Shown: piece after piece, positions 53,564 through 62,720 of the stretch | Layout: each line of letters opens with the position of its first letter | Numbering within the stretch: position 1 is the first letter of the stretch | Source of the DNA: a virus | DNA length: 64,000 bases | Reading direction: 5' to 3' (one strand) | Virus record (IMG/VR): IMGVR_UViG_3300046747_000117 | Notes under the pieces: model-generated | The model's input: only the letters and a program-made list of their open reading frames with translations | Database searches by the model: none | What the model was told of the DNA's origin: nothing | Position numbers and translations under genes: made by a program

Positions 53564-55048
53564 GTGCCTTTGATCAACGGCACGGCCAACGCCGACCCGG
53601 CGCCGCCGGAACTGACCTCGGGCGGTGGGGTCATGGACTGGCTGTCGGGCATGTTCGGGGGCGAGCGCGCGTTGCCGACGTTGCCCGCCGAGCCTGCGGG
53701 GCCGGCACGGGACGCTTATGCCGGGCAGTCCATGACGATGCCGCGCGCGGACTTCAGGCCCGGCACGGACATTGGAGGCAGCGTTCCAATGTCCGCCGAG
53801 CAAGCAGACCGCATGCGCGAGGCGTCGATGGAGTTGCACGACGCGACGATGCTGGCCGGCGGTCCCATGGGCGCCGAGGCCGGGACCGGCGCGGTGGCGC
53901 TGGCGTCGAGGCGGGGACTGGCGAACCCGCCGCCACCGTCGAGGGGGTTGATCAACGCGACGGGTGAAGCGCCAGGGCCGGTCTCGATCCTGAAGGACGG
54001 CACGATCCTCTCCGGCGAAACGCCGGTCGGACGCGTGAAATACGACCACGGCGATGCATCCACGCGCATTGGCGACATCGCCATCAATCCATCGATGCAG
54101 AACCAGGGCATCGGCTCTCAGGTGATCCGTCAGATCCAGGACGAGGCGGCGGCGCGCGGCAATCCGGTCGTGCTGTCCACCGACGCGTTCCGCGGCCCGC
54201 AGGCACAGGCGGACCAACTACGGCTCTATCAGCGGCTGGGGTTTGAGCCGAACACCGGGCCGGGTCAGGTGTCGGAGCGGATTGGCGGCAGGAAGATCGC
54301 GGAGGACCTGGTGTGGCAACCGCCCGGCTTCACGGCCTACCACGGCAGCCCCCACGAGTTTCCGCCAACCGCGCGCAATCCGTTGGGAGAGTTCGACCCG
54401 GTAAAGATCGGCACGGGCGAGGGCAGTCAGGCCTTCGGGGTTGGCGCGGGATATCTCGGTGAGGCGGAAAACACGGCGAAATATTATCGCGACAGGTATG
54501 GGCCGCAGGCTGATCCAAAGGTCCAGGCGGCGGGTGACGAGTACAACAACGCCCACGCCGCGTTCGATGGCTCCGTGGCTGCCCGCGCCAGGGTCGAAGC
54601 CGCCGAGCGGGCGTTGCAGGACGCGGAGGCGAACGCGCCACCAGGCCATATGTATGAGGTTAAGGTCCACGCGGACCCGGCCAGATTCCTCGACTGGGAT
54701 CGACCGTTGTCGCGGCAGCACCCCGATGTCCAGGCGGCGTTGGCGAAGATCAACCCCGATATGTATCACCCATCGTCGGGCGACTACGATCCGTCCGAGA
54801 GCGGTCAGATGATCTATCACCGCCTGGCGTCCCGGTCTTCGCAGGCTGATGCGTCGGCGGCGCTGAACGCGGCCGGTGTTCCCGGGATTCGATACCTTGA
54901 CGCCGGCAGCCGCGGCGCGGGCGAGGGTAGCCGCAACCTCGTCGTGTTCGATCCCGCCAGGATGGACATCATCCGCCGGTACGGCCTCGCGGGCCTCATG
55001 GCGGGCGCGGGCGCCGCCGCCACGCAGGGGCGAGACCAGACCCAGTGA
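53564..55048 (+). CDS. GNAT plus ADP-ribosyltransferase-like polyvalent effector
   Basis: IAINPSMQNQGIGSQVI...LYQRLGF (GNAT motifs A and B), then AYHGSPHEF...FDPVKIGTGEG.QAFG.G.GYL and GIRYLD...NLVVFDP (ART-like). Confidence 0.75.
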   Translation: MPLINGTANADPAPPELTSGGGVMDWLSGMFGGERALPTLPAEPAGPARDAYAGQSMTMPRADFRPGTDIGGSVPMSAEQADRMREASMELHDATMLAGGPMGAEAGTGAVALASRRGLANPPPPSRGLINATGEAPGPVSILKDGTILSGETPVGRVKYDHGDASTRIGDIAINPSMQNQGIGSQVIRQIQDEAAARGNPVVLSTDAFRGPQAQADQLRLYQRLGFEPNTGPGQVSERIGGRKIAEDLVWQPPGFTAYHGSPHEFPPTARNPLGEFDPVKIGTGEGSQAFGVGAGYLGEAENTAKYYRDRYGPQADPKVQAAGDEYNNAHAAFDGSVAARARVEAAERALQDAEANAPPGHMYEVKVHADPARFLDWDRPLSRQHPDVQAALAKINPDMYHPSSGDYDPSESGQMIYHRLASRSSQADASAALNAAGVPGIRYLDAGSRGAGEGSRNLVVFDPARMDIIRRYGLAGLMAGAGAAATQGRDQTQ

Positions 55049-55323
55049 GCGACTTCTTCCCGCAGCCCGACCCGCCGTTCGACCTCGGCCCGGTGGACCG
55101 CGCCAGCCCCCTGTGGCGGCGCCTGGAAGGGTGGCTCGCCAGCGAACTGGACAACGCCCGGCGGCGCAACGACGCGCCACGCCCGGAACTCGACACCGCG
55201 ATGCTGCGAGGCGAGATACGCGCGATCAAGCGATTCCTCGCGCTGGGACAAGATCGGCCAATATTGACCGATGCCGGAGAGGACACACCGCGAGGCGTGT
55301 CCGGACTGTGGAGTAACTCATGA
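55045..55323 (+). CDS. Small head-module protein
   Basis: L...R.RND....DTAMLRGEI..IK.FL.L, typical of the small gene between portal and scaffold. Confidence 0.6.
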   Translation: MSDFFPQPDPPFDLGPVDRASPLWRRLEGWLASELDNARRRNDAPRPELDTAMLRGEIRAIKRFLALGQDRPILTDAGEDTPRGVSGLWSNS

Positions 55324-56174
55324 ACGAAGACGAACACGACACCACCACTGATGACGCGGCTGCCGAGGCTGCCTTCGCGGGCGGGTTCGAAGCCGAAACG
55401 CCGAAACGTCCGGAGCCACGCGCCGCCCCCGGTAAAGATCAGCCCGCGGAAACCCCACGGGAGATCAAACCGAACGGCAAGGCGGACCCGGATTACGTCC
55501 AGATCACGAGGTCGGACTGGGATAACGTGAGGACCGCCGCGGCAAAGACGGCCACATATGATCAACAGCTTTCCAAAGCGTTCGGGACGATCGGCAACCT
55601 ACAGAAAGTCATCAATGGCCTGCGCGACCAGACGCCGCAGGGTCGCAAGATCGAGGTATCGCGCGAAGCGTTTGCCGACCTGGAGCGCGATTTCCCCGAA
55701 CTGGCGAATTCCACGCGGGCCGCGCTGGAGCGCGCTCTCTCGGGCGTCAACGGGAACGGCGCTGATCCCGCCGTCATCCGCCGCATGCTCAATGAACACG
55801 CGTCCGAGCGTGAGGTGGAGGTCCTTGAAGACGCCCATCCTGACTGGCGGGACATCGTCGGCGCCGTCGATGTCTCCCAGCAGATGCCAGATCCCAATAA
55901 CCCCTTCCGCAAGTGGCTGGCGACCAAGGACGCCGGTTACCAGCGGCGGATCAACGGCACTGAATCAGCCGCCGTGGTGATGCGCGCGATCAACCTGTTT
56001 CAGCGCGAGACGCAAACCAGGACGCAGACGCGCCAGGCGCAGGCGGCTCGCGCCGACGCGCGCACTGACCGCATCCGCCAGGCCGTGCAACCACGCGGCG
56101 ATGGGGCGGCACCCGCCGCCGACGCCACCAACGACGTTGAGGCCGCTTTCGAGTCTGGCTTCAAAAACCGCTGA
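55320..56174 (+). CDS. Putative capsid scaffolding protein
   Basis: Acidic and helical, immediately upstream of the MCP. N- and C-terminal EAAF..GF motifs. Confidence 0.7.
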   Translation: MNEDEHDTTTDDAAAEAAFAGGFEAETPKRPEPRAAPGKDQPAETPREIKPNGKADPDYVQITRSDWDNVRTAAAKTATYDQQLSKAFGTIGNLQKVINGLRDQTPQGRKIEVSREAFADLERDFPELANSTRAALERALSGVNGNGADPAVIRRMLNEHASEREVEVLEDAHPDWRDIVGAVDVSQQMPDPNNPFRKWLATKDAGYQRRINGTESAAVVMRAINLFQRETQTRTQTRQAQAARADARTDRIRQAVQPRGDGAAPAADATNDVEAAFESGFKNR

Positions 56175-56277
56175 CACGCCTACGCCGACGACCGGTTCAT
56201 TCCGGCCTGTGACCGACGCCATTTGACGGCGGTTCCCGTGAATACCTCAGAAAATCCTCTTCACAGGAGCGCCAACC

Positions 56278-57348
56278 ATGGCAATGCAAACGTTTGGCAT
56301 GACGACTGCCCGACTTGCGAAATTCAAGGGTGAAATACTTTCGCACGCCGTGCCGCAGGAAGTATTGGGCCGCAGCGGGCGCCAGATCCCAATGCCCAAG
56401 AACAACTCTGACACGTACGTCGCGCGCCGCTGGCTGCCCTATGGCGCCACCGGGGCCACGGCCTCGTCGCAGAACCAGTTTTTCCAGAACGGGCCGGGCG
56501 ATCGGGGTAATATCATTGCCCAGGCGCACCAACTCTCCGAGGGCGTGACTCCGCCGCCGGATTCCATCGTGCCGTTGGACATCACCGTGGTCGTGCAGCA
56601 ATTCGGCTGCCTCTACGGGTTCTCAGACAAGACCTACAACTTGTATGAGGACGACATCCCCAAGGCGATGATCGAACAGGCTGGCGAGCGGATGACGTTC
56701 GTCAACGAAATGATCGCCTACGGCGCGTTGCGGGCCTGCACCAACGTCTACTACGGCGGCGCCGGGACATCGATCTCCACGACCAATGGCGGGCTGACGC
56801 TGGGCCTCATCCGGCGCATCGCGCGGAATCTTCAGGCCAACCATGGCAAGCCCGTCAACAAGGTTCTGAAGGCGAGCCAAAATTTCGGCACCGACCCGGT
56901 CGCCGAGGGCTTCACGGTTTACAGCCACACCGACCTTGAGCCTGACATCAGGGACTTGCCCAACTTCGTGCCCGCCGAGGCCTACGCGTCCGGATCGCCA
57001 ATCCAGAACGAGATCGGCAAGTGCGAGCGGTTCCGCTTCATCACCTCGGCGGATCTCCCGTCCATCCAGGACGGTGGCGCTGGGGTGGGCGCCACCGGGC
57101 TATCGTCCACCACGGGCGCGAATATCGACATCTACCCGTTCATCGTCACGGCGCAGGACGCCTGGGGGCAGATCGCGGTGCGCGGTCTCGGCGCGCTCGA
57201 TCCGACATTCATTCCGCCCGGCGACAAAACCAAGTCTGACCCGCTGGGCCAGCGCGGTTACGTCGGCTGCGCGTGGTGGAAGGCCGTGATGATCGAAAAT
57301 CAAGGCTGGATGGCCGTTGGCAACGTCGGTTCCAAAGTATTGGTCTGA
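56278..57348 (+). CDS. Major capsid protein, N4-gp56 family
   Basis: PMPKNNSDT..RR, LSEGVTP, ITVVVQQFG...SDK, KSDPLGQRGYVG..WW.A.MI.N..W. Confidence 0.9.
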   Translation: MAMQTFGMTTARLAKFKGEILSHAVPQEVLGRSGRQIPMPKNNSDTYVARRWLPYGATGATASSQNQFFQNGPGDRGNIIAQAHQLSEGVTPPPDSIVPLDITVVVQQFGCLYGFSDKTYNLYEDDIPKAMIEQAGERMTFVNEMIAYGALRACTNVYYGGAGTSISTTNGGLTLGLIRRIARNLQANHGKPVNKVLKASQNFGTDPVAEGFTVYSHTDLEPDIRDLPNFVPAEAYASGSPIQNEIGKCERFRFITSADLPSIQDGGAGVGATGLSSTTGANIDIYPFIVTAQDAWGQIAVRGLGALDPTFIPPGDKTKSDPLGQRGYVGCAWWKAVMIENQGWMAVGNVGSKVLV

Positions 57349-57372
57349 GTGATCAAGTAAAGGAGGCATCCA

Positions 57373-57873
57373 ATGCTTGACACGATGAACAGATACCTCG
57401 CCGGCTTCAGGGAAGTGCGGTGGGCGCATGCCCTGCGCTCCTGCCTGATTCCGATCGGCGATCGTATGTCCTCGCAGGCTCTCACGCCCGCTGGCCTCGT
57501 CGTCGGCACAACTGACACCACGACGGCGAAGATCGGCGCGGCGGCGTTCCAGGCCTGCGCCAACGGTCGCATGGTGACGATCGCCGCCGGCACCGAATTG
57601 CCGAAACCGCTAGGCCTCAACGTGACTACCGGGTTTTTCGGCATCGGGTGCTGGTTCACCGACAGCGCGGGCACCGTGACGTTCGCGCCCGGTCCCAACG
57701 GCACGACGGCGGGTAGCGCGGGGTTCCCGCAATTCCCGCGTGGGCAGGCGCTGATCGGCTTCATCACCGTGACGATCAGTGGCTCTTACATCGGCGGCAC
57801 CACGCCACTGAGCGGCGCGACCACCGCCTATTTCTCGCCCACCGGGGCGTTCGATCCGACGATCCTCGTTTGA
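57373..57873 (+). CDS. Virion structural (decoration-like) protein
   Basis: Follows the MCP, RBS AAGGAGG, G/T/A-rich beta content. Confidence 0.6.
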   Translation: MLDTMNRYLAGFREVRWAHALRSCLIPIGDRMSSQALTPAGLVVGTTDTTTAKIGAAAFQACANGRMVTIAAGTELPKPLGLNVTTGFFGIGCWFTDSAGTVTFAPGPNGTTAGSAGFPQFPRGQALIGFITVTISGSYIGGTTPLSGATTAYFSPTGAFDPTILV

Positions 57874-57885
57874 AAGGGGAATGAA

Positions 57886-58386
57886 ATGGCTACCCTCAAC
57901 TTTGATTATGGTGTCACACAGAACCTGTCCAATGCGGGTGTGGTCGCCGGGACTACCTCGACCTACACGACGACGGCGGCGACTGTTTGCGCGATCCAGG
58001 GCAAGTTCGCGACCCCCCTGGCGGCGCAGACCGCGCAGCCGACGCCAACCACCGACGCGGTCACCGGGCAACCGTTTGTCGCCGTGCCGCCGAACAGCAC
58101 ATGCGTGCTGGTCCTCGGCGTTAACGCCGCTGGCGTGATCCAGATGGCGCAGGGACAGATCCTGCCGACCACCACTGGCGTCACGACCACCGTGGGGGCG
58201 TTTCTGCGCGACCCGCAGTTCCCGCCGATCCCCGACAATTTCTGCGCGCTCGCGTATGCGATTGTGAGAACAGCACCAGCCGCCGCGCCGTGGACGCCGG
58301 GCACGGGTAGTTGGACAGCATCCGGCGTAGTTACGACTGCGTTTCAGAACGTTAGCCAATTGCCATCTCGGCCACAGCTTTCCTGA
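57886..58386 (+). CDS. Virion structural (decoration-like) protein
   Basis: Similar composition and size to the preceding gene. Confidence 0.6.
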   Translation: MATLNFDYGVTQNLSNAGVVAGTTSTYTTTAATVCAIQGKFATPLAAQTAQPTPTTDAVTGQPFVAVPPNSTCVLVLGVNAAGVIQMAQGQILPTTTGVTTTVGAFLRDPQFPPIPDNFCALAYAIVRTAPAAAPWTPGTGSWTASGVVTTAFQNVSQLPSRPQLS

Positions 58387-58399
58387 TCTGGTGCCGTCG

Positions 58400-58936
58400 T
58401 CAGTCCCAACGGGCAAACGGCCCATGAATTCTGGCGGCGGCGTCCTGATAGGCCTGCGTGGCTTCCTCGATGGTATCGAAGGTGCCGAGGTATGCTTCCT
58501 TGTTCCTGGACCTGATCCTGGCCATGAAACCGCGCCCATGGGCCTGAACACCCTTGACGCCAACCTTGTTGTCCCTCCGGACCAAGATGTTGGCCATGTT
58601 CAGACCGTTTGTCGCGGCTCGCAGATTGTCGATGCGGTTGTTCGCGGGGTTTCGATCAGCATGATCGATGGTGTCAGGAAGCGGTTCGCCGTGGGTCAGA
58701 AGCCAAATCAACCTATGTGCGTAGTATGGGTGGTTCTGGAGTCGGATGAGGATATATCCGGCCTTTGTCACCGCCCCCGCGGGCTTCCCTACATTCTTGG
58801 CGTTCCATGACCGGAATGTCCGTTCGCTGTCAAACATCTCTCGCGGTCTCGGCAGCCAGGTCAGGGCGCCGGTTTCGGGGTCATAAGCCAGCAACTGGCG
58901 CACGAGGTCGCGAGGCGGTAATGGCTTGGGAAGCAC
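58400..58936 (-). CDS. HNH endonuclease with AP2-like DNA-binding domain
   Basis: YAHRLIW...IDHADRNPANNRIDNLR..T...N..N...GVKGV...ARI....YLGTFDT.EEA..AY. Confidence 0.9.
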   Translation of the reverse strand: MLPKPLPPRDLVRQLLAYDPETGALTWLPRPREMFDSERTFRSWNAKNVGKPAGAVTKAGYILIRLQNHPYYAHRLIWLLTHGEPLPDTIDHADRNPANNRIDNLRAATNGLNMANILVRRDNKVGVKGVQAHGRGFMARIRSRNKEAYLGTFDTIEEATQAYQDAAARIHGPFARWD

Positions 58937-59052
58937 GTCGATCCTCCACCCTAGGGTCAGTGTCAGGACGCTCAGAGCCGGTTCAACGGCCTGGGCGTCC
59001 GCCTCTGATCATGAATGAACCGTCCCGTAACGGCAACAGTCAGAGGTGATGC

Positions 59053-59553
59053 ATGCCGCCGTTTCAGAAGAAAGAAGCCCACAACAGCGATGTCGCTGTC
59101 GAGCAATATGAACCCATCGCCGACCCAAAGGATTACGATGGCGATATCATCCTCGCGGACAAGGACCTGATCGCCAAGGACTACGCCGATGAGTTGGCTT
59201 TTATGAACGAACCGATCGAGATCCGCCTGCAACCCTCGACTGACAGGAACGCCGCCATGTCGTTTCCCGTGTGGGTGAACGGCAAGCCAGCCGAGGTGAT
59301 GACCAACGGGCGCTGGCGAGAATTGGGCTGGCTGCCGGTGGCGACGAACCTCACGGTGCGCCGGTCGGTGCTGGAGATCATCCTGCGCGCCAAGGTCGAC
59401 ACCGTGAACACGCAGATTTTCGGTTCCGACACAGAGCGGCCCGAAAACAAGACGCCGCGCTTCACGACGCCGGTTCATTCCGTGTCCGTGCTGTCCGATC
59501 CGAACCCCAAGGGACCGGCGTGGATGACCGAGGTCATTCGCAGGACGTATTGA
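59053..59553 (+). CDS. Hypothetical head-completion-region protein
   Basis: 166 aa, RBS GAGG. Confidence 0.65.
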   Translation: MPPFQKKEAHNSDVAVEQYEPIADPKDYDGDIILADKDLIAKDYADELAFMNEPIEIRLQPSTDRNAAMSFPVWVNGKPAEVMTNGRWRELGWLPVATNLTVRRSVLEIILRAKVDTVNTQIFGSDTERPENKTPRFTTPVHSVSVLSDPNPKGPAWMTEVIRRTY

Positions 59554-59554
59554 C

Positions 59555-60286
59555 GTGACCTACCTGGAAATGTGCCGCGTGGCGATCATGAATTGCGGCG
59601 TGGCGCCGTTCGCCGCCCTCAACACGGTGCTGCCGACCGTGGTCGGGGCCACCGGCAGCGTCGGCAGGGTCACCGCGTGGGTCAAGGACGCATATTCCGA
59701 CATCGTGATGGAACACGACGACTGGGAATGGCTGCGGTCCAGCAACATGCTGGGGGCCGGCGTTTCGTTCCAGACCGTCGCCGGGCAGGCCAGCTACCCG
59801 CTGGGCACCGGGCCGGGAACGGTGGGCGTGGTCGCCGACCGGCTTGGCAAGTGGGCTGAACACACGTTCCGCGATCACACGACATCAGTCGGGTTTGTCA
59901 ACGAAAACTACCTCGATGACATCCCCTACGATCAATGGCGCAACGATTACATGTATGGGGCGCAGCGCAACGTGAAGACGCGCCCGATCGTCATCGCCAT
60001 TGGCCCGGATCTGAGCCTCAATCTGGGTCCGCCGCCGAACGATCAATACACCGTCACCGGAGATTATTTCGTCGTGCCGCCGGATCTGACGGCTGACGCG
60101 GACGTGCCGTTCGGCCTGCCGACGCGGTTTCACATGCTGATCGTCTACAGGACGATGATGAAATACGGCCAGTATGAGTCCGCGCAAGAGGTTTACACGC
60201 GCGGCCAGGAGGAGAACGCGGGCATGTATTCGCGCTTGCAGCTTCTTCGCGCGCCGCGGGTGAGCTGGGGAGCCGCGCTGGCATGA
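59555..60286 (+). CDS. Head-tail adaptor (tail tubular A / P22 gp4-like)
   Basis: MTYLEMC...WEWL...LGPPPNDQYTVTGDY...D.DVPFGLPTRFH.LIVY. Confidence 0.7.
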   Translation: MTYLEMCRVAIMNCGVAPFAALNTVLPTVVGATGSVGRVTAWVKDAYSDIVMEHDDWEWLRSSNMLGAGVSFQTVAGQASYPLGTGPGTVGVVADRLGKWAEHTFRDHTTSVGFVNENYLDDIPYDQWRNDYMYGAQRNVKTRPIVIAIGPDLSLNLGPPPNDQYTVTGDYFVVPPDLTADADVPFGLPTRFHMLIVYRTMMKYGQYESAQEVYTRGQEENAGMYSRLQLLRAPRVSWGAALA

Positions 60287-60840
60287 CGCTCATTCTGGAA
60301 GGTCCGTCCACCGACCCGGACGCCCCGGTCATCACGCCGATCGCGCTGTCCGAGGACATCAACACCGAACTAACGTCTTTTTGGCTGCCACTGGCCGGCG
60401 GCACGATCGTCGGCAGGCTGCTGCTCTCCGTCGACCCCTTGGTGCCGCTTGAGGCGGCGAGCAAGCGATACGTCGACAATCGGGCGCCGCTGGGCGGTCC
60501 CTACCTTCCGCTCGCCGGGGGCAGCATGCAGGGCGGTCTGACACTGGCCGGCGACCCGCTGATGCCGCTACACGCCGTCCCGCTGCGTTACCTTCAGGCC
60601 AATTACGCCCCGGTCGGCGTGTATGTGCTGAAGAACGGCGACACGATGACCGGGCCGCTGACACTGCCGGCTGATCCGCTCGCGGACATGCAGGCGGCGA
60701 CGAAGCAATACGTCGATCACAAGTCCGGAGCGGGCCTGTCTGAGGCGCCGATGACCGGCCTGACCTACGGCAGACAGTCCGCGGCCTGGAATCAGGTGAT
60801 CGCCGCGAACAACGACATCGTCGATGGCGGTAATTTTTGA
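60283..60840 (+). CDS. Short fibre-repeat protein
   Basis: Three LPLxGG/GDTMTG...DP...A.KxYVD modules and terminal DGGNF. Confidence 0.7.
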   Translation: MTLILEGPSTDPDAPVITPIALSEDINTELTSFWLPLAGGTIVGRLLLSVDPLVPLEAASKRYVDNRAPLGGPYLPLAGGSMQGGLTLAGDPLMPLHAVPLRYLQANYAPVGVYVLKNGDTMTGPLTLPADPLADMQAATKQYVDHKSGAGLSEAPMTGLTYGRQSAAWNQVIAANNDIVDGGNF

Positions 60841-60871
60841 TTACGACATCAGAACATAGGGGTATCTTCTA

Positions 60872-62158
60872 GTGGCCGATATCCTCCGCATCAAACGACG
60901 CGTGACCGGTGCCCCGGGCGCCCCCTCCGGGCTGGCGAACGCGGAAATCGCCTACAACGAGGTCGACCACATCCTTTATTACGGCGAGGGAACGGGCGGC
61001 GGTGGGGGAACCGCTTCGATCGTCGCGGCCATCGGCGGGCAGGGTCTCGCCTACACGTCGCTGCCGGCGATGGACGGCACCGCGTTCGCGGGAGGAGCCT
61101 CGCTGTGGTCGCGCGGCGATCATGTGCATCCCACCGACACCACGCGCGCGGCGGCATCCTCGGTCCCCGGGCCGTCGGTCACCCCGCCGGCCATGGATGG
61201 AACCCAGACGATCGGGGTGCTGGCGACCTACGCGCACGGCGACCACATCCATCCGACCGATACCAGCCGCTACGCCGCGAGCAATCCGTCAGGATACCAG
61301 ACGGCGGCACAGGTCGTGGCGGTCAGGCTGGACCAGTTCGCCGCGCCCACCGCGCCGGTCAACTGGAACAACCAACCGCTGCAAAATCTGGCGGAGCCAA
61401 GCAACAATTCGGACGCCGCCACGAAGCACTACGTGGACGGCGCGTCGCAGGGACTGGCATCCAAGGCCGCCGTGCAGGCCGCGACGACGGTCAATATCGC
61501 GCTGTCGGGGTTACAGAGCATTGACGGCTACCCGACCGGCGCGGGCGACCGCATCCTGGTCAAAGACCAGACGACGCAGGCCAACAACGGGATCTATGTG
61601 GCCTCGGCCACCGGCTGGAATCGCGCGACCGACATGGCCACCTGGGCACAGGTGCCCAACGCTTACGTGTTCGTTTCGCAGGGCACGGTCAACCAGAACA
61701 GTTCCTGGGTCTGCACCTCGACGCTGACCGGCGGCACGATCGGCGTCACCGCGGTGACCTGGGTGCAGTTCTCGCAGGCGGCGGTCGCGACGGCGGGCGC
61801 GGGCCTCAGCAAGGTCGGCAATCGCTTCGATGTCATCGGCACCGCCGGGCGCATCGCAGTCGGCGCGGCGGTGGACATCGACACCAACTATGTCGGTCAG
61901 ATCAGCATCGTCACGCTGGGGACGGTGGGCACGGGGACGTGGAACGCGACGACCATCGCCATGGCGCGTGGCGGCACGGGCGCCACGAGCATCCCCACGG
62001 GCTACGTGACCAGCAACGGGTCGGTGCTGTCCTCGGTCGCCAGCATCCCCAACAGCGGCATCTCAGGCCTCGGAACGATGGCCACGCAGGACGCGACCAA
62101 CGTCGCGATCGTCGGCGGCTCGATCAACAACGTGACGTTCGACTGCGGCGTTTTTTAG
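60872..62158 (+). CDS. Tail fibre protein
   Basis: ILRIKRR...APSGL...EIAYNEVD..LYYG N-terminus, R.DHVHP repeats, GDRILVKDQT..ANNGIY domain. Confidence 0.8.
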   Translation: MADILRIKRRVTGAPGAPSGLANAEIAYNEVDHILYYGEGTGGGGGTASIVAAIGGQGLAYTSLPAMDGTAFAGGASLWSRGDHVHPTDTTRAAASSVPGPSVTPPAMDGTQTIGVLATYAHGDHIHPTDTSRYAASNPSGYQTAAQVVAVRLDQFAAPTAPVNWNNQPLQNLAEPSNNSDAATKHYVDGASQGLASKAAVQAATTVNIALSGLQSIDGYPTGAGDRILVKDQTTQANNGIYVASATGWNRATDMATWAQVPNAYVFVSQGTVNQNSSWVCTSTLTGGTIGVTAVTWVQFSQAAVATAGAGLSKVGNRFDVIGTAGRIAVGAAVDIDTNYVGQISIVTLGTVGTGTWNATTIAMARGGTGATSIPTGYVTSNGSVLSSVASIPNSGISGLGTMATQDATNVAIVGGSINNVTFDCGVF

Positions 62159-62178
62159 AGACGATGTTGAAACGACAA

Positions 62179-62691
62179 TCAGCCGGGATAGTCTTGTTCG
62201 CCAGGGTAGGCCCATGTGGTTCGTCCGTCTCGGATGACTCTTCTGCGTCCGGTTGCCGTGGCGGACAGCCGGTCGGCCATTTGCGGTCCCTTTGGTCTGC
62301 CGGACTGGAACGCGATGGTCTTTGCCCTGCGGGCCTCGCGTCCCTGTTCATCCTGTGTGGCCCAGTAGTTTTTGCCATACGCCGGATTCTTGGAGCCTTT
62401 TGGGGGGTAGTTACGGGCGCGATCAGCGCGGTTCTGTTCAGCGAGGGTTATCGACACATTGCCGGGTTCATACCCTCCACGGTCGCCTTGACGCGCCATG
62501 ACATATTGACCGCGTCTCCAGCCACGCCTCTCCCATTGGCCGCTTTCCTGCCACAGGGTCCACCATTGATCGAAGGTCAGGGCAAAGGGGATATCGCGCG
62601 CTCTGGCATTCGATTTGTGCGCGGCAAAGAGAAACCTGGGGGTCCGGCTGTTCCGGGCGCGCCATTGTTTCATACGTTCAGGCGTCGGCAT
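62179..62691 (-). CDS. HNH-like homing endonuclease
   Basis: A..RDIPF.LTFDQWW..W...YVMARQGDRGGYEPGNV.I....QN, plus NUMOD3-like KGSKNPAYGK. Confidence 0.75.
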   Translation of the reverse strand: MPTPERMKQWRARNSRTPRFLFAAHKSNARARDIPFALTFDQWWTLWQESGQWERRGWRRGQYVMARQGDRGGYEPGNVSITLAEQNRADRARNYPPKGSKNPAYGKNYWATQDEQGREARRAKTIAFQSGRPKGPQMADRLSATATGRRRVIRDGRTTWAYPGEQDYPG

Positions 62692-62720
62692 TTGTGTCTC
62701 CCTTCGAGAGGCACGTTGTA

